Positions 13,410 to 26,349 of a stretch of 64,000 nucleotides of DNA are shown piece by piece. The position numbers and the translations under genes are program-made. Every line of letters starts with the position of its first letter. The stretch's first letter is position 1. This stretch comes from Azolla caroliniana (Eukaryota; Plantae; Polypodiophyta), in assembly GCA_043228905.1 (NCBI GenBank), contig JBHGNT010000018.1, positions 17,918,001 to 17,982,000 on the forward strand, given 5' to 3'. Under the pieces are notes generated by a model. It saw only the letters and a list, made by a program, of their open reading frames with translations, did no database searches and was not told the DNA's origin.

Positions 13410-13436
13410 AACATTCCTTTTGGCGTTAGAGACCAT
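13410..13436 (-). CDS. Putative first coding exon of LYR-motif protein (MVSNAKRNV)
   Basis: ATG at 13436 followed by a GTAAGA donor in phase 0; upstream AG acceptor at 13449-13450. The donor is uncertain: the genomic frame also reads ..RNVVR, which fits the LYR consensus better. Confidence 0.5.
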
Positions 13437-13781
13437 AAAATATCACACCTAATTCAGCTACTAGTCCTACCTTCATATATGCCATCCAACTGAGTTCCAC
13501 TACACAGGTTAGGTCACTCTAATAAATTAACTCTATTAGTTGGATAATATAATATAACAATATATAATCTTCAAGAGGTAATAGAATGATAGAAAATGAC
13601 GACTATTTGTCACACATTACACCTTGGGAGGGATTCTCCCACACAAATGTAGCATCGGCAATGAGAGAAGTAGGTGTAATGAGCAATGACACAGATTGTT
13701 ATTTTTCTCCTTGAAGTATTCTTCCATTTAAAGCCATCACGTGATACGTTGCATTGTTGTGGCTGTGTATGCACTCCTTTG

Positions 13782-14838
13782 TGTTGGGATTGAAGGCCCT
13801 TAACTAGAAAAACGAGTTTTCCAGAGCTGTACTACGACTTCTAAAAGAATATTTTGTAGTTTGAATCCTTGGGACAAGATTCAAGTTAGCATTAAATACG
13901 TATTTATGAGGCCATGACTTAGCTGTCCCATCAGCATTCAAAGCTCTCCTGTAAGAGCATATTCTATATATCTTGGATAGCACACACGCATATATATACA
14001 TACATACATACATATATATGTATGTATGTGCACCCCTACCTTGTATATATTTTTTAAGCAGTTGGCTTTAGTTTTGCAGAACTGCTTCTACTTGTTTAAT
14101 CCCTCCTATGTGTTAAACGCCATAATTGTTTTCAGTTTCTATATATCTGCCTTTAAATATTTCAGAAAAATGTCATCCTACCTTCCACTTCCTTACAACT
14201 GGTATCAGAGCGAGCATTGGATCCTTTCAAGATCTCCATTGCTTAGTCTTCCACCTTGAATAAGTGGGAGTTTTGTCTTTTGTGTCTGTTCTGTATTCCT
14301 TCTTTCACCATGGCAATACATCAGCAATAGAGGGGTAGAATTCAAGAAATTTGATGGCACTGGATTCGACTTATGGAAGGTTAGAATGGAAAGCACACTT
14401 TATTGAGAAGGATGTGCAGCAGCATTGGATGATGCCACTTGGAAATTGCTGATTCATAATGCAGTTGCCCACATTTACTGGCAAGGCTCATTGTTGCACG
14501 ACTTGAAGATGCCAAGTCTGCAGCTGAACACATTTCCACATTCAATGGTCTACTAAATCAACTTCAAGATGTAGGATTGCAAATCTTCGATGTCAAAATG
14601 AAGGCAATCTTCTTACTCATGATATTGCTTCTACTGTGACCGTAAAGGGCATACAAGGCCTGATTGTAGATTTTACAAACAAGAGCTTGAAAGAAACAAG
14701 AGGAATCAGAAAGATACATCAAAAAAGACAGATGATGTGGACAATAACAAAGGAAAAGAGAGGGAGAAGGCAACTATAGCATCTGGAGTTATGATTGAAG
14801 AGATTCATGAAACGGAGGACACATTGTGTGTTGCAGAT
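13782..14838 (+). mobile_element. Truncated Copia: 5' LTR (~13782-14197), PBS and degenerate gag
   Basis: TGTTGGG...TTACA, then tRNA-iMet PBS TGGTATCAGAGC at 14200-14211; gag start VEFKKFDGTGFDLWKVRME; AT/ACAT microsatellite inside the LTR. Confidence 0.75.
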
Positions 14839-15978
14839 TGTTACCTGTATAGGTATGAAGTTGCCGAAAGCCGGAAGCAGTGTGAAAGGGCTGAATAGCT
14901 GAAAAGTAGTTTGAAAGCCAAATAATATATATATTGCCGAATTATATGTAGTCGAAAATAGTTATTGCTGAAATATGTATTATGTAAAAAAAATGTAAAT
15001 AGTAGTCCGAAACGGTATGAATGTTGAATGACATTGTAACTTGACTTTCAGATTAGAAACGGTGTGCCAAATGGCATTGTAACTTCCATGTCTTTCCTAT
15101 ATAAAGGGGGCATGTGTATTGTATGGGGGAGGCTTAATAGAGAGAGATCTTTTGGCTATACACTGTCTGTGTTTTTTTGTTATATTTTGATTTCATAAAT
15201 TAAGTGTTGTGTTGTTCATAAGCCGATTCAGTTGTAGCCGATTCAACCATTAACTAGTTACAATTCGGTTCATTGCAATATCTCCAACCATGATCTTTGG
15301 TGAAGGGTGTCTTGTGATAAGGTATCCGACCTGTGTTATTGAGAGGACGATTCGTTCTGTGAGAGGCAGCGAACAACGGAGAATGGATGCCGTCCAGTCA
15401 GATTGACGACGAACCAATCGCACGAAGTAGGAGAGCACATGCTCGGGAGTAATACTGAGGAGTAGTGGAAGTGATCCTGCTTGATCCGTCGTTTCCCGAA
15501 CATATTCGGCGGGTAGCCGGACCAGCTTTTCATTCAGACAACGACAGTAACAATGAAGGCCATAGTGGCATGGCTGACTTTGCGGCAGCCGAAATGACCT
15601 TACACACACTAGCTGCATTAGAGGAGGATTCAACCACGTTCTCCAGCTTCGAGACCCCTAGCTATCACAGTTCAGACGAAGACACGTTTGACACCCAAAG
15701 TGTTCGTTCAAGCCACCGTCCCATTAACGACACTTCGAACGTACGGGCAACAGAGACCCATGTACAAACACCATTGGACAATCCACGAGGCGACGAAGAG
15801 GACATGATGTCGTACCCTTATCCAAAATACAACGACAAACCCGATGTTGAAGCACACATTAGGGCATTCCTCACGACATGGTAGGCGAACCATGTCTCAC
15901 AGAGATTAGCCGCAACCGACACCGACATGTCAAAGATTGCTGAATTCTGCTTATCGCTAGAGGGCCAGGCATCTAATT
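14839..15978 (+). mobile_element. Truncated Gypsy: LTR (~14839-15373) and gag N-terminus
   Basis: Starts TGTTACC; TATA at ~15098; shares GTTGTAGCCGATTC with the G1 LTR; gag-like YPYPKYNDKPDVEAHIRAFLTTW..KIAEFCLSLEGQA; cut by the next element. Confidence 0.65.
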
Positions 15979-17080
15979 TGTTAGAAATATTGAGAATCGA
16001 TTAGATAGGTATATAGAGTTACAACCACAGAGATGGATATATGAAAACAAAACTTCTATTACATATGAGAGTAGCTCACAATGGTAGTTCACCCATGCGC
16101 TCACACCTTAGAGTTTAGATGGGATCTAAACCAGCTCACTACAAAATTAGTGGGGACTGATGATCAGTCCAACCATTGTGTAAGAAAGTGGATTATATTC
16201 TATGGTTGGTTTGAGTATAACATTAAATGTGCAAGTCAGTTGATAGTAGTGGAGATATTCCTTTTCTGTCAATTGACTTGTCATTTAATATGACCCAACT
16301 CCCTAGATACAAGCTAGTGCTAGATAGTACTTATCTTGAAGTCAATGGCACATACTTCAAGACTTAAGTACATCGTAACTTGCCCACAAAATATTCTAGT
16401 TGACTTGATTAGCCAATCCTATTACCTATTTCACTCTTTCCTAAATCCATTGTGTCCTACGCATCTACGGTTTCCTAGATTAACACCTTATCGACCCATA
16501 TGATCGAGTTGCACACTAGCCGCTCCTCATTTGGGGCGCTATCACAAAATGTGCACTCTAAGAGCACATATGGGGATAGATTTACAACTTGGGGCTGATC
16601 ATTGATTATATTTAACACGCCCTCTCAATGGTCAACCCATTGAGTTCACTTGGAATTGGGCCAATTCCTAGTCGTCGAAGGTGGTGTTGTAGTTGTTCTG
16701 CTTCAAACGCCTTTGTGAAGATATCCACAACATTTTCTGATGTTGAACACCAATCTCATCATTTATTAGCTCCTACACATAGTGATATTGAATCTGTATG
16801 TGTTTAATACATGCATGAAATACAGGGTTCTTGGCAATGGCCATGCAACTCTGATTGTCACACCTCAATACTGTTGTCGTCCTTATTGGAACCGCCACAT
16901 CCATAAGGATTCTTCTTAGCCAAACTACCTCGCATGCCACTATGCATGTGCTTTGTATTCTACCTCCGTTGAAGATAGTGCCACTGTTGGTTGTTTTTTA
17001 CTACTCCATGAAACAGCTCTAGAGCCTATTGAAAACAAAATCCAGAAACTGATTTTCTAGAATCACTATCTCCAACCCAA
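15979..17080 (-). mobile_element. Copia 3' fragment: RNase H, PPT, 3' LTR (16617-15979)
   Basis: Minus strand reads [40 protein letters not shown]; PPT TTGAGAGGGCG then TGTTAAA...CTAACA. Confidence 0.85.
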
Positions 17081-19761
17081 TGGTTGTTTTGCAAGAGAAG
17101 AGCTTCCTTCTTCCGAAGGTTAGAAATCTCGGGTTTTGGAATTCTTCTTCTTGCTTATGGGAGGTCTTTTTTAAGTTTAACAATTTTCTTTATTCGAGGT
17201 GTTAGGGTTAGAGAGTTTTGTCAGTGTCACGATTAGTGAGTTAGTTGTTCTTCTCTCAAGTTGTGGGTTCTAGGATTTGGTTGTGAAAGCTCAAGCTTTA
17301 GATTCTTCATCATAATGATTATGGAGAATTTATGGTTTAGGTTTTCTTCATCTTCTTGTTGGGCAAGAAAGATTGATGAACAAAGTTCCAAAAGGGAACA
17401 AAAACTAGGGTGCATGGTAAAACTTCATCAAGAAAGGGTAATGTGCTTGTGTTCATGATCTCTCTGCAACAAAACTCGAGGATTTTCCATATAGTGAGCT
17501 TTCCACAACCACAAAACTCAATATGTTAACGATCTCAACTGGCAAAACCTCCGTTGGACTTTCCCAATGCATAGGTAGATCAATCACCCAAACGTGGATA
17601 CTCATGATAGGAAACATACATCGAGGTTACTCTAACTGCCTCCATTTGCCTCAAAGTACACAAGGATTGGAATCGACTCCATTGGACGAAGGACCTCATA
17701 CACTTAACCATAGTATGAGCCATACTTACCATAGGTGCATTCGCATTCAAGAATGTTTCAATCATTCGAGTATGGTAAAAACCATACTTTTGTATTCATT
17801 ATTTATTGTAAGGTAAAAAAAAAATTAAGGTAAGAAAGTGAAGGTAAAAAGTGTAAAAAAAAAAACATAAGAATGTTTTGATAACATACGCATTCGTTTG
17901 CATTCATATGAAAAAGAATGTTTGCCAATGCATTCAAGTATATTACATACTATGCACTTAACCACAACAATAAAACACATTGCTTATTGGCCCAAAATGG
18001 AATTATACTTCAAGGATGACGCTAGTATTTGACTCACTAGCCGTTTCGCCCATTGTCAATCATTTGCCAACATTTTTTGATGTTCAAATAACACAACACG
18101 GCAAAATTTTGACATTTTCCTCCATGTTAGCGATACTTCCCAGTAGGTGTGTCAATTATGGACACGCAAATACATATAGGAATCTAATTAATACCTAGAG
18201 TAGCCATAGAAAAGTAGTTTTTTGAATTGAAAGTTAAGCGGAGAATGTGCTTAAACCTAATAGGAGAGTTAATAGGAAGGTGGTATCTAATGCACACCAC
18301 ATTATGGCACTTTACCTTGTATAAGATCTTGTTAAACATTAATCAAAATAGGGGAATCCTTGCGCAATATTGTTATTTGGTTAATTAGTTTAATCTTTCC
18401 ATTCTTAGTTAGTTGATCAAGTGCTTATTATAATATCTTCTATGATTAATTACGTGCTCATTTTTTCTCTTATCCTCTTATCCTCTTGATCATTACACAA
18501 CACTACATATTATCAGACTAAGAGATCAAAAAATGTACATAGAGTAGCCTACGCTGAGTAATGGGCTCATTCAAAGAGCAGTTGTAATTGGGCAGTTGGA
18601 ATCTGCTCTATGACCAATACCACCACATAAAAAATGATGAAGATAATGAAAAAGTGAACAGAAAAAGAGAGTTACCCGTCTCATATTGTCTAAAGGTTGT
18701 GGCTTCATCTTCCTTACAGAATAACAAAAGAGAGGTTTCTCTTATTCAAGCAAAGGACCTAATATGCATTAAAACGTTTTTAGAATCTTAAGTACTTAGA
18801 ACTATAAAATTTCATTATGTGAGCTTTGTGGCCCTCTTATTCAATAACAAGTCAATAACTTCTTCCTTACGAAAGAAGAGAGAAACCTCCTAGTTTGACA
18901 TCTTTGCTGCCCCTCCGAAATATTTTAACCTCTTAAAGATCTATTTCTCAATACCCCAAATTGACCTTTACTAAATGTTGATATAAATGTCTTTCTTCCG
19001 TCCACACAAAAGAGCAAGAATTAACGGACTGTTCATTGCTTTCAACATAAAAGAAAGAAATTGACAACCATATCCTCAATCTTGTTCTGATTCTATCCTT
19101 GGATTGAAATGTCAGAAAACAGATCATATAATATCCATAGTCTCACACAAAGCCAACTTTTCAGGATCGCCTACATGCTGACATGTATATATATTTGGCC
19201 ATCTCACACAACCCATCTTATATTCAAATAAAAACCCTAGAGATTCCGAAACCCATGGTTGCTTCAAGCTCTATAAGAGACTGTATAAAAAAATACCTAT
19301 AAACAATGTACATGGAATATTCCAGAAGCTAATATAGCTTCAATATCTATAAACAAACTATAGAAAACCCTGGAAATTCTAGTCCCTAAGGTAGCTTCAA
19401 GCTCTATAAAAAAATGTTGAAAATTTAAACCCAAAGGTAACTTCGAGCCATGTAAATGTGAAAAAGATAACTGGATTTCTAAACCTTCAAGAACTATAAG
19501 CAATGCACAAATTCCTTAGAAATTCTAACCCTTCGAGCACCACAATGTAGACAAACCCTACAAATTCTGAACCTCAGGTAGACTAAACTCTAAAACCTCA
19601 AATAAGAACTGAAAAGAAAAAGCTTAGCAACGTTAAAAGACTTCAAGCTATATAAACATTTGTATACGAAATAAATCAATAAAACGTTACTTTCAGAGTG
19701 CAACAGATGAAACAGCATATCTAATTCAATAAGAAATAGAAGAATCCATACCTAACGATGA

Positions 19762-20262
19762 TGACAATGAAGCTCACACGCACACACAAAGAGCAGGGAA
19801 GGAGAAGAACCTCTCTCCGAATCCTTTACAATAATGTCCCCTTCAAAATGACCCTCTTAGGGCTGAGAGGCACACAGAAATGGTTTGAAATGCCCACCAA
19901 CATGATTTTGTTAGCCCGATCCCCGCCCATCCGGAACAGACTCTTTTTCCTGCATTCACCCGTTGTCCGGCCGGCCATCCATGAGAGGGACAAAAAACTC
20001 ACGGAGGCTACTTGTGACAATGAAGTTCACACGCACACACAAAGAGCAGGGAAGGAGAAGAAACTCTCTCCGAATTCTTCACAATAATGTAGCCTTCGAA
20101 ATGACCCTCTTAGGGTTGACACGCTAACAGAAATAGTTTGAAATGCCCACAAACATGATTTTGTGGGCCCCATCCCCGCCTGTCTGAAACAACTGCTTTT
20201 TCTCATGTTCCCCTGTTGTCTCGCCAGACATCCATGAGAGGGACAAAAAACTCACGGAGGCT
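19762..20262. repeat. 253-bp tandem duplication
   Basis: 19762-20009 repeated at 20015-20262 (TGACAATGAAG...CTCACGGAGGCT), moderately diverged. Confidence 0.9.
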
Positions 20263-21239
20263 GCAGATGGTGCGCTTCTTCTTGCTATACTTTCTGGTGT
20301 TGTTTCCAGTTTCCATCGCACGCTCGTGGGATAAAACCATTAATGAGCTGAAGTTGTACAACTTCTTGTTGTGTTTTGGACACCGCTTTGTCCGGGCATT
20401 CGTGGAGAAAAACGTTGAAGTATGTTACTCCCTCCTGGAGAACACCTTCGATTACTCCTCATGAGTAATCGGGTCAAGGAATCGTGGTGCGTAAGAGACT
20501 AGTGGCATGAGGGGTGGTTGGATCGTTTAGGATAATTGAGATGGACACTCTACGAATTGGCTACAACCAATTCGTAGTTACGTCTTACGGACCGAACGTA
20601 TGTAAGAAAAGATAGATCAAATTAAGACAGACATAGAGATTACCCATAAAATGTATATGTATTCTATTATAATTGCATATACTACAATACAATACAGTAC
20701 CGAGTAAAATCGGTAACATTCACTCACTCTTTTCTAATCTAGATCTAGGCTTAGTCTGCTCTAGGGACTTCTCTTCAATATCTTCTGTCTCTAATTCCGA
20801 TCCCCCCTCTTGTGTTCGCCACTTCTAGATATATATAGCTTCCTTCTAGCTAGACACGTTTCAACTACTCCTCCTTGATATCCGGCTCCTACCCTCGGTT
20901 GTTCTTGCTTGGCTTCTTTTGGCCTTTTCACATTTGTCCCCACGGTCTTTTCTTATTTGTCCTTCGGGATCCGTTCATACTTTGGCCCTTTTGTCCCACC
21001 GGTTAACACTTGGCACGCTCATGGGACAGTGCCTTGCACGTCGAACCCGAAAATTGACCAAAAGTTGAAGTCCGAAAAAAAATCGAAAGTATTGCACTTC
21101 AAAAAATCGAAAGAATCGAAAAAAATTGCTATGGTACAATAAGCCTACTCCAAAATTGGCATAATGCCTTCCGCATGCTCCGACTCATCCTAGTTGAGGT
21201 CTGCCAAGAGATCAACCCTCAGCTCTGGCTCTACATTCT

Positions 21240-23990
21240 TTGGGATGGTTGCTTGTGCTGGTTCGCCCTCTTGTGAGGTTTCCTCGGTTTGCTGAATACT
21301 CTCCTCTTGAGACTCCTTTTCTTTTTCCGAACCCGTCTCCTACATTGGCTCTTTCTTCTACTATGTTGTTAGTTGTTCTTCCCTATCTTGGCCTCTCCTT
21401 TCCTCAGTTACCAACTCCTCATTGTGTGGCTCCTGTGTTGCTCTTTCGGGCAGGACTTCCGTGTTGCTTGTGTAGAGGCCACTACGTCCTTCTCGGCTTG
21501 GAGGTGCTCGCATGCGTACCCATCCATTTCGATGGCGAGAAGGAGTTGATCGTCATTGAATTCCACAAGAAGGGGGTCCCAATCGTAGTGGTGTGCGTTT
21601 AAGCCAAGGCTTGGAACTCCTCAATGAGGTCTTCTCTAAGAACCTGAATGTTATTCTCATCCATTTCGAAGAATCCACGACCCTCCTTCTTCCGATTATT
21701 GGCAGCTGCTCAGAATATTTGCAATTCGGCTGCTTGAGCCAACCATTCGTTCCATCCTCGAGCTAGTGCCTCTTCAACCTTCTGGTTCAGCTTCCGTCGG
21801 TGTGTTGCAACTAAAACCTGTTGGGAATATGTCCCTCCAGTGGGAGGAAGAACCAATTGATCAGAAAGCCGACAGTCGATGACAGGGAAGATCCGACTGT
21901 TCGGAAAGCTGATAGTCGAAGAGTCGAAAACAGTGAGTCGACTGTTTGGAGATTCGATTATTATTATTATAGTAATAATGATGATGATGATGTGTGGAAA
22001 CAAGTCCCTCCAGATGGGAAAGAGAGAGTCCCTCGGCCGAAACCAGAAACGTGTATATATCCAACTCGGGAGACTATAATTGTAAATAGTCTAAGTGTGC
22101 GCCCCATGAGGGCTACGTATGTAAATAACCAGAAAGTTGTGTAAGTATATATGCAACAAGGGCAAACTCAACATATGAATAGAGTGTAAAAACAGTTCAG
22201 TTAGAGAATGTGTGTGAGAGAGAGAGACAGAGAACGTGAGGGAAGGAAGAGCCATGCCATAGCTGTGTGTGTAACAGCAGACGCGAAGAGCCCTGTGCGG
22301 CTGATGCACTCGTGAGAGAGTGTTGTAATCTTCTCGCTATTGTATATCCACTATTTGTATAGTGAAGAATATGTTCACGTGGTTTTCCCCGTTTTAGGGT
22401 TTCCACGTAAATCTCTATGTACATATGTTTATCTTGTCTTTTTGGTGTATTTTCTGTAATTCGTATTTCAGCGCGTAGTTCGTTTATTGTGATCTATTCT
22501 GCATCGATTTCTCAACAAAACCTTGACTCGCTCTTCGCCCATCTCATACTTGACACGAAGAGTGTTCATGTCCTCTATGGCGGTCACGACGTCGAGTTCG
22601 AGTTGGGCTTTCGTGAGTTGGTACGAGGTGCTTATTCCTACGACCTTGTGCTCCATAACCTCTGCATGTTGTTCATATTTTCGAAGGAGTCGAGTCTTTT
22701 CCTCTTCCATATCTTGCTTGTACCACGCCAGGTCTTGTTGTGTTGTAACCTGCAGCTCGTGGAGGGATTCTTCCAATGTGTACTTTTCGCTCTCCAACTC
22801 GCGCAATAGTTGATGTTGTCTACCGAAGTGTTGTTGTAGTTCAGTGTGCTCGTTTCGGATAGTCAAGAGTTGGTAGTTTTGTATAGTGTAAGCCTGTTGA
22901 TACCCTTCCTCTATCTCATGGATCTTGGCAATCGATATCTCGTTGGCGGCCTAAAGAGCAAGTACGCATTGTGCTTCCATATCCTGGAGCTGGGCAGCTG
23001 ATTCGTCATTGGCAACTTGAAGAGTTGTTGCGGCTTTTGCTTCCATATGTTGGAGGGCTTTTGTATATTCAATCGTCTGTGCGTTGAGTTGTTGCTATAA
23101 GTCGGCTTCTTGCTTTTGTGCCTGTTTGCGGATGCGATCAATTTCCTCTTTGGCCTCCTGGTATCGTTCTTTGGTCTTCTCGGCAATCGCCTTCTGGGCT
23201 ACCATGTCTTCTTCATAGTTGTTGTGTCGGAAGGCAAGGATGTGTTGTGTTCAGTGGCAATGATTGAGGTATGAGTTTCCTCGGCATGGTAGATAGGTAA
23301 ACTAACCTGTGTGTAGGCATCCGCCTTACTAGTGTTGGGAGGTGGGAGGGCGAGAAGGTCGTTTTTCCCTAAGCTTTCGATTTCCTGGAGCTTCCATTCA
23401 AGCTCCATAATTTTGGCTTCAAAAGCCTGCCAAAGCTCTATTGTTGTCTTTGATTGTTGTGCGCCTCTTTGCTGCATATAGCCATGTCCTTGGCCGCGAA
23501 GGTCGTTTTGTCCAATTCCCAGAAGGCTTCTACTAGGGTTGTGTTTAGCTCAGACAGCTCGATGAGGAGGCAACTGCTCTTGTTTTGACGTTTTCGGCCG
23601 ATTTTCTATAGAGTTGGCTCTTCGCCCGACTCGAGTTCTCTTGCGAGATCTCGTTGAATCATCTGCTTTTCTGCATGTTCTTCGGCCATGCATGCAACGA
23701 CTGCTACCTGGACTCGAGCAAGGAAATCTATGAGCTTATAGGAAGCCTCGTGTCGTAAAATCTCACTCAGCTCATAAGCTGTGGTTGGCAGATCTTGAAA
23801 GGTCAGCACGACATCTTCCGAGATCTTGGAAGCGTATCCCTTCTCTACGTCCTTGGCTGAGATAGAGTCGCGTCGAGGACGACATCCACGGTCTTGGCCG
23901 CTGTGACGACCATTTGTAGATTGCCCGTTGAGGAGTGCCTTTCTTTCTCCTCGTTGTGCCTTTGTAGATGGCGGTGCTTCTTAGTGGGGC
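21240..23990 (-). pseudogene. G1 extra ORF 2, long coiled-coil protein (fragmented)
   Basis: Collinear minus-strand E/Q/L-rich heptad pieces (23606-23809, 23199-23477, 22468-22866, 21710-21818), split by an LTR at 21819-22470. Confidence 0.55.
21819..22470 (+). mobile_element. Copia-type solo LTR (no TSD found)
   Basis: Starts TGTTGGGAATATGTCCCTCC like the B/D LTRs; contains GGTTTTCCC..GGGTTTCCACGT and a GA tract; ends ..TTTCA. Confidence 0.7.
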
Positions 23991-25069
23991 TCGATTGTGC
24001 GAACACCTTCGGTGTGTCCGCTGTCGAGAAGATTGTGGTTGTGTGTCACAACTACCGGGGTTTTGTGACTTGCGGATGATCGGGGTGACAAGGCATAATC
24101 GTAGATGGTGCGATGACAAGAAGCTGAGAGACAAGATAAATGTGACCACTTCAACTCACTTACAATATTTATTTGCCAAAAGTTACTTGGCAAGACTTGA
24201 ACTCACGAATTGTATTTGAGAAAAAGCGTTTGAGATAGACCACTTCAATCTCTTTCTATTTATTTGTAAAACAACTACATACAATATTTATTTGCCAAAA
24301 TTTACTTGGCAAGACTTGAACTCACAAACTCTATTTGAGAAGAAATGTTTGAGATAGACCACTTCAATCTCTTTGATTTCTATTTATTTGTGTTTCTCTT
24401 TCAGTTTATACTAAATTTATATTACAAAATTTGATTACCACAAGAGGTTGTTATAAGATGATTCAAACTAACAACCTTTTGTTTACAAAGAGGTATCTGA
24501 GATCCACCACTTCAACTTCTTCCGTTTCTTATATTTCTTTTCTTTTCTTTATGCATGCCACCATCTTCTTTGGCGAGCTCTGCATCCCACACCCACGTGA
24601 GCTTCTACACTCGCTTTTCCTTCCTCTTCTTCCCCTCTTTAGCCACCATGGGCGTGGCTTATATAGGGTGGTCAACCGTCCTACCACCCTCTTGAGGCGG
24701 TTGACAAACCGCCTCATGCAAGTGGTTGGTTTTTTTAAAATTTTAAAATTTTAAAATTGATTTATTTTTATTTACTATTATTTTATCTATTGATTCTACA
24801 AATTCGATTTTGTAGTTGTACATTTGAGAAATTATAGAAATAGCCCTCATTTAATTTTGACTCCCTCTTTTGACATAATTACATTTGTGTCCCGAGTAAC
24901 ATTAATCCTTCCGAAGCTTGTATCTTGGGCTCCTAAACTCCAATTCATGAACCGAAAATTTGCACATGCTCCTCATCACAAGCTCCATATAGGAAATTTC
25001 TTTCTAAATATTTTTGACATTGTTTTGACATCGTGAAGCAATAACTTCCCGACACCACCGAATCCTCTC

Positions 25070-26047
25070 TTAGCCGTTTAGGTCGATCCCCGGAGGGTTG
25101 TGTCTTGTTTTGGACAGAGGGTTTCCGGGTCTCCTCCCGGAGTTCTTGTCGAGAGCCTTGTAGGGTTGTCTAGGGCTTTGCCATCGGGACTGATGGTTTG
25201 GGCTTTTCGCGCTCCCAGATGGTGATATCCTCGACCGGTTTTGTTGCGTTGGTGGCTTCTGCTTGCTATGAAGTTGTGGGAGTCTGTCCAGGAACGACGT
25301 CCTACCATTCAACCTGAGCAAACTGCATGGCCTGTTGTCGCTTGGTCTAGGTGGGCGGGGCAGGGAAGGCAAGGGTTCTCCGAAGAGCAGCAACGAGTGG
25401 GGTGGGTAGAGCATAAACAGGTAATGTGTTAGGGTAGGTATTAACTTCTTCCCTACCTGCAAACCTGAAAGGCCGGGTTGGATGCCTTCCCCCGTGATGG
25501 AACCCCAATCAATTACACCACCTTCGTAGGTGGTGATGATGATCCCTGCTCTCTTTTTGGGCATGCCATAGTGGGTGGCGTGCACACAAGTGACCTCCAG
25601 TAAGAACTTGGCCACTTCTTCAAAGAACGCTTTTGGTCTGCCCGGTGTGCGATAGGCCTTGACCGAGACAGAGTACTCCCCGAAATGGGCCTCGAGAATA
25701 TTTTGGGGTGGACCCTCGATGTCTTGATGGTCACCTGGTTTCAAACCCAACACCGACCGAATAAGATCATTTGTGATGGTGTCAAGGTGTAGTCGTAATA
25801 TGATTTCCTGGGCTTTGGGGTGAGGTGGTGCATCTACCACTTTCAGGTATCCCCTTAGGTCGTGCCTGCTCAGCCAGGTGCAGAGCTCCATGGATGCTTC
25901 GATCGACATGGTGAGTGTTGTAGTTTGGGGAGAGAGTGGAGAGGAGGGCTTTTGCACAAGGAGTTGAGAAGGCGAAGAGCTCGGAGAGAACGTAAGTGAG
26001 TTCTTGGCCTCTGTGGAATCACTATTTGTAGATGTTGTGGTTCCCAA
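25070..26047 (-). CDS. G1 extra ORF 1 (unknown; possibly plant-mobile-domain-like)
   Basis: 325-codon open frame downstream of integrase in the element's sense orientation; globular core ..AGIIITTYEGGVIDWGSITGEGI..; family assignment is inference. Confidence 0.55.
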   Translation of the reverse strand: MGTTTSTNSDSTEAKNSLTFSPSSSPSQLLVQKPSSPLSPQTTTLTMSIEASMELCTWLSRHDLRGYLKVVDAPPHPKAQEIILRLHLDTITNDLIRSVLGLKPGDHQDIEGPPQNILEAHFGEYSVSVKAYRTPGRPKAFFEEVAKFLLEVTCVHATHYGMPKKRAGIIITTYEGGVIDWGSITGEGIQPGLSGLQVGKKLIPTLTHYLFMLYPPHSLLLFGEPLPSLPRPPRPSDNRPCSLLRLNGRTSFLDRLPQLHSKQKPPTQQNRSRISPSGSAKSPNHQSRWQSPRQPYKALDKNSGRRPGNPLSKTRHNPPGIDLNG

Positions 26048-26349
26048 TGAGCGGCCTTGTGCCCTATACTAAGAATCTTCCTTGCCATTACTACTATTAA
26101 CACCACGTGTCGGAATGGTCTATACTTGCTTTTCCTCGTACTATGTGCATGCTCTTTAAATACATGATTGGTGGGCTCTTTTTTTCTTTTTCTTTTTTCC
26201 ACTTAATATATGTAACTTAATATACATTTTCGGTAGGTGGGGTAGTTACCGTAATTGGGGCAAAGTGCCCCTGTGAGCCGCCGTGTCACCTACCCCGGGC
26301 CTTCTGTGGTCATGTCGTTTGTCGAAAAATGAGTTGGGTTGGGTATGAC

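Noticed and set aside
17083-19750. Possible DNA-transposon remnants with degenerate GCTTCAAGCTCTATA and GCATTCG repeats
   Set aside because: No TIR/TSD pair or transposase motif could be established.
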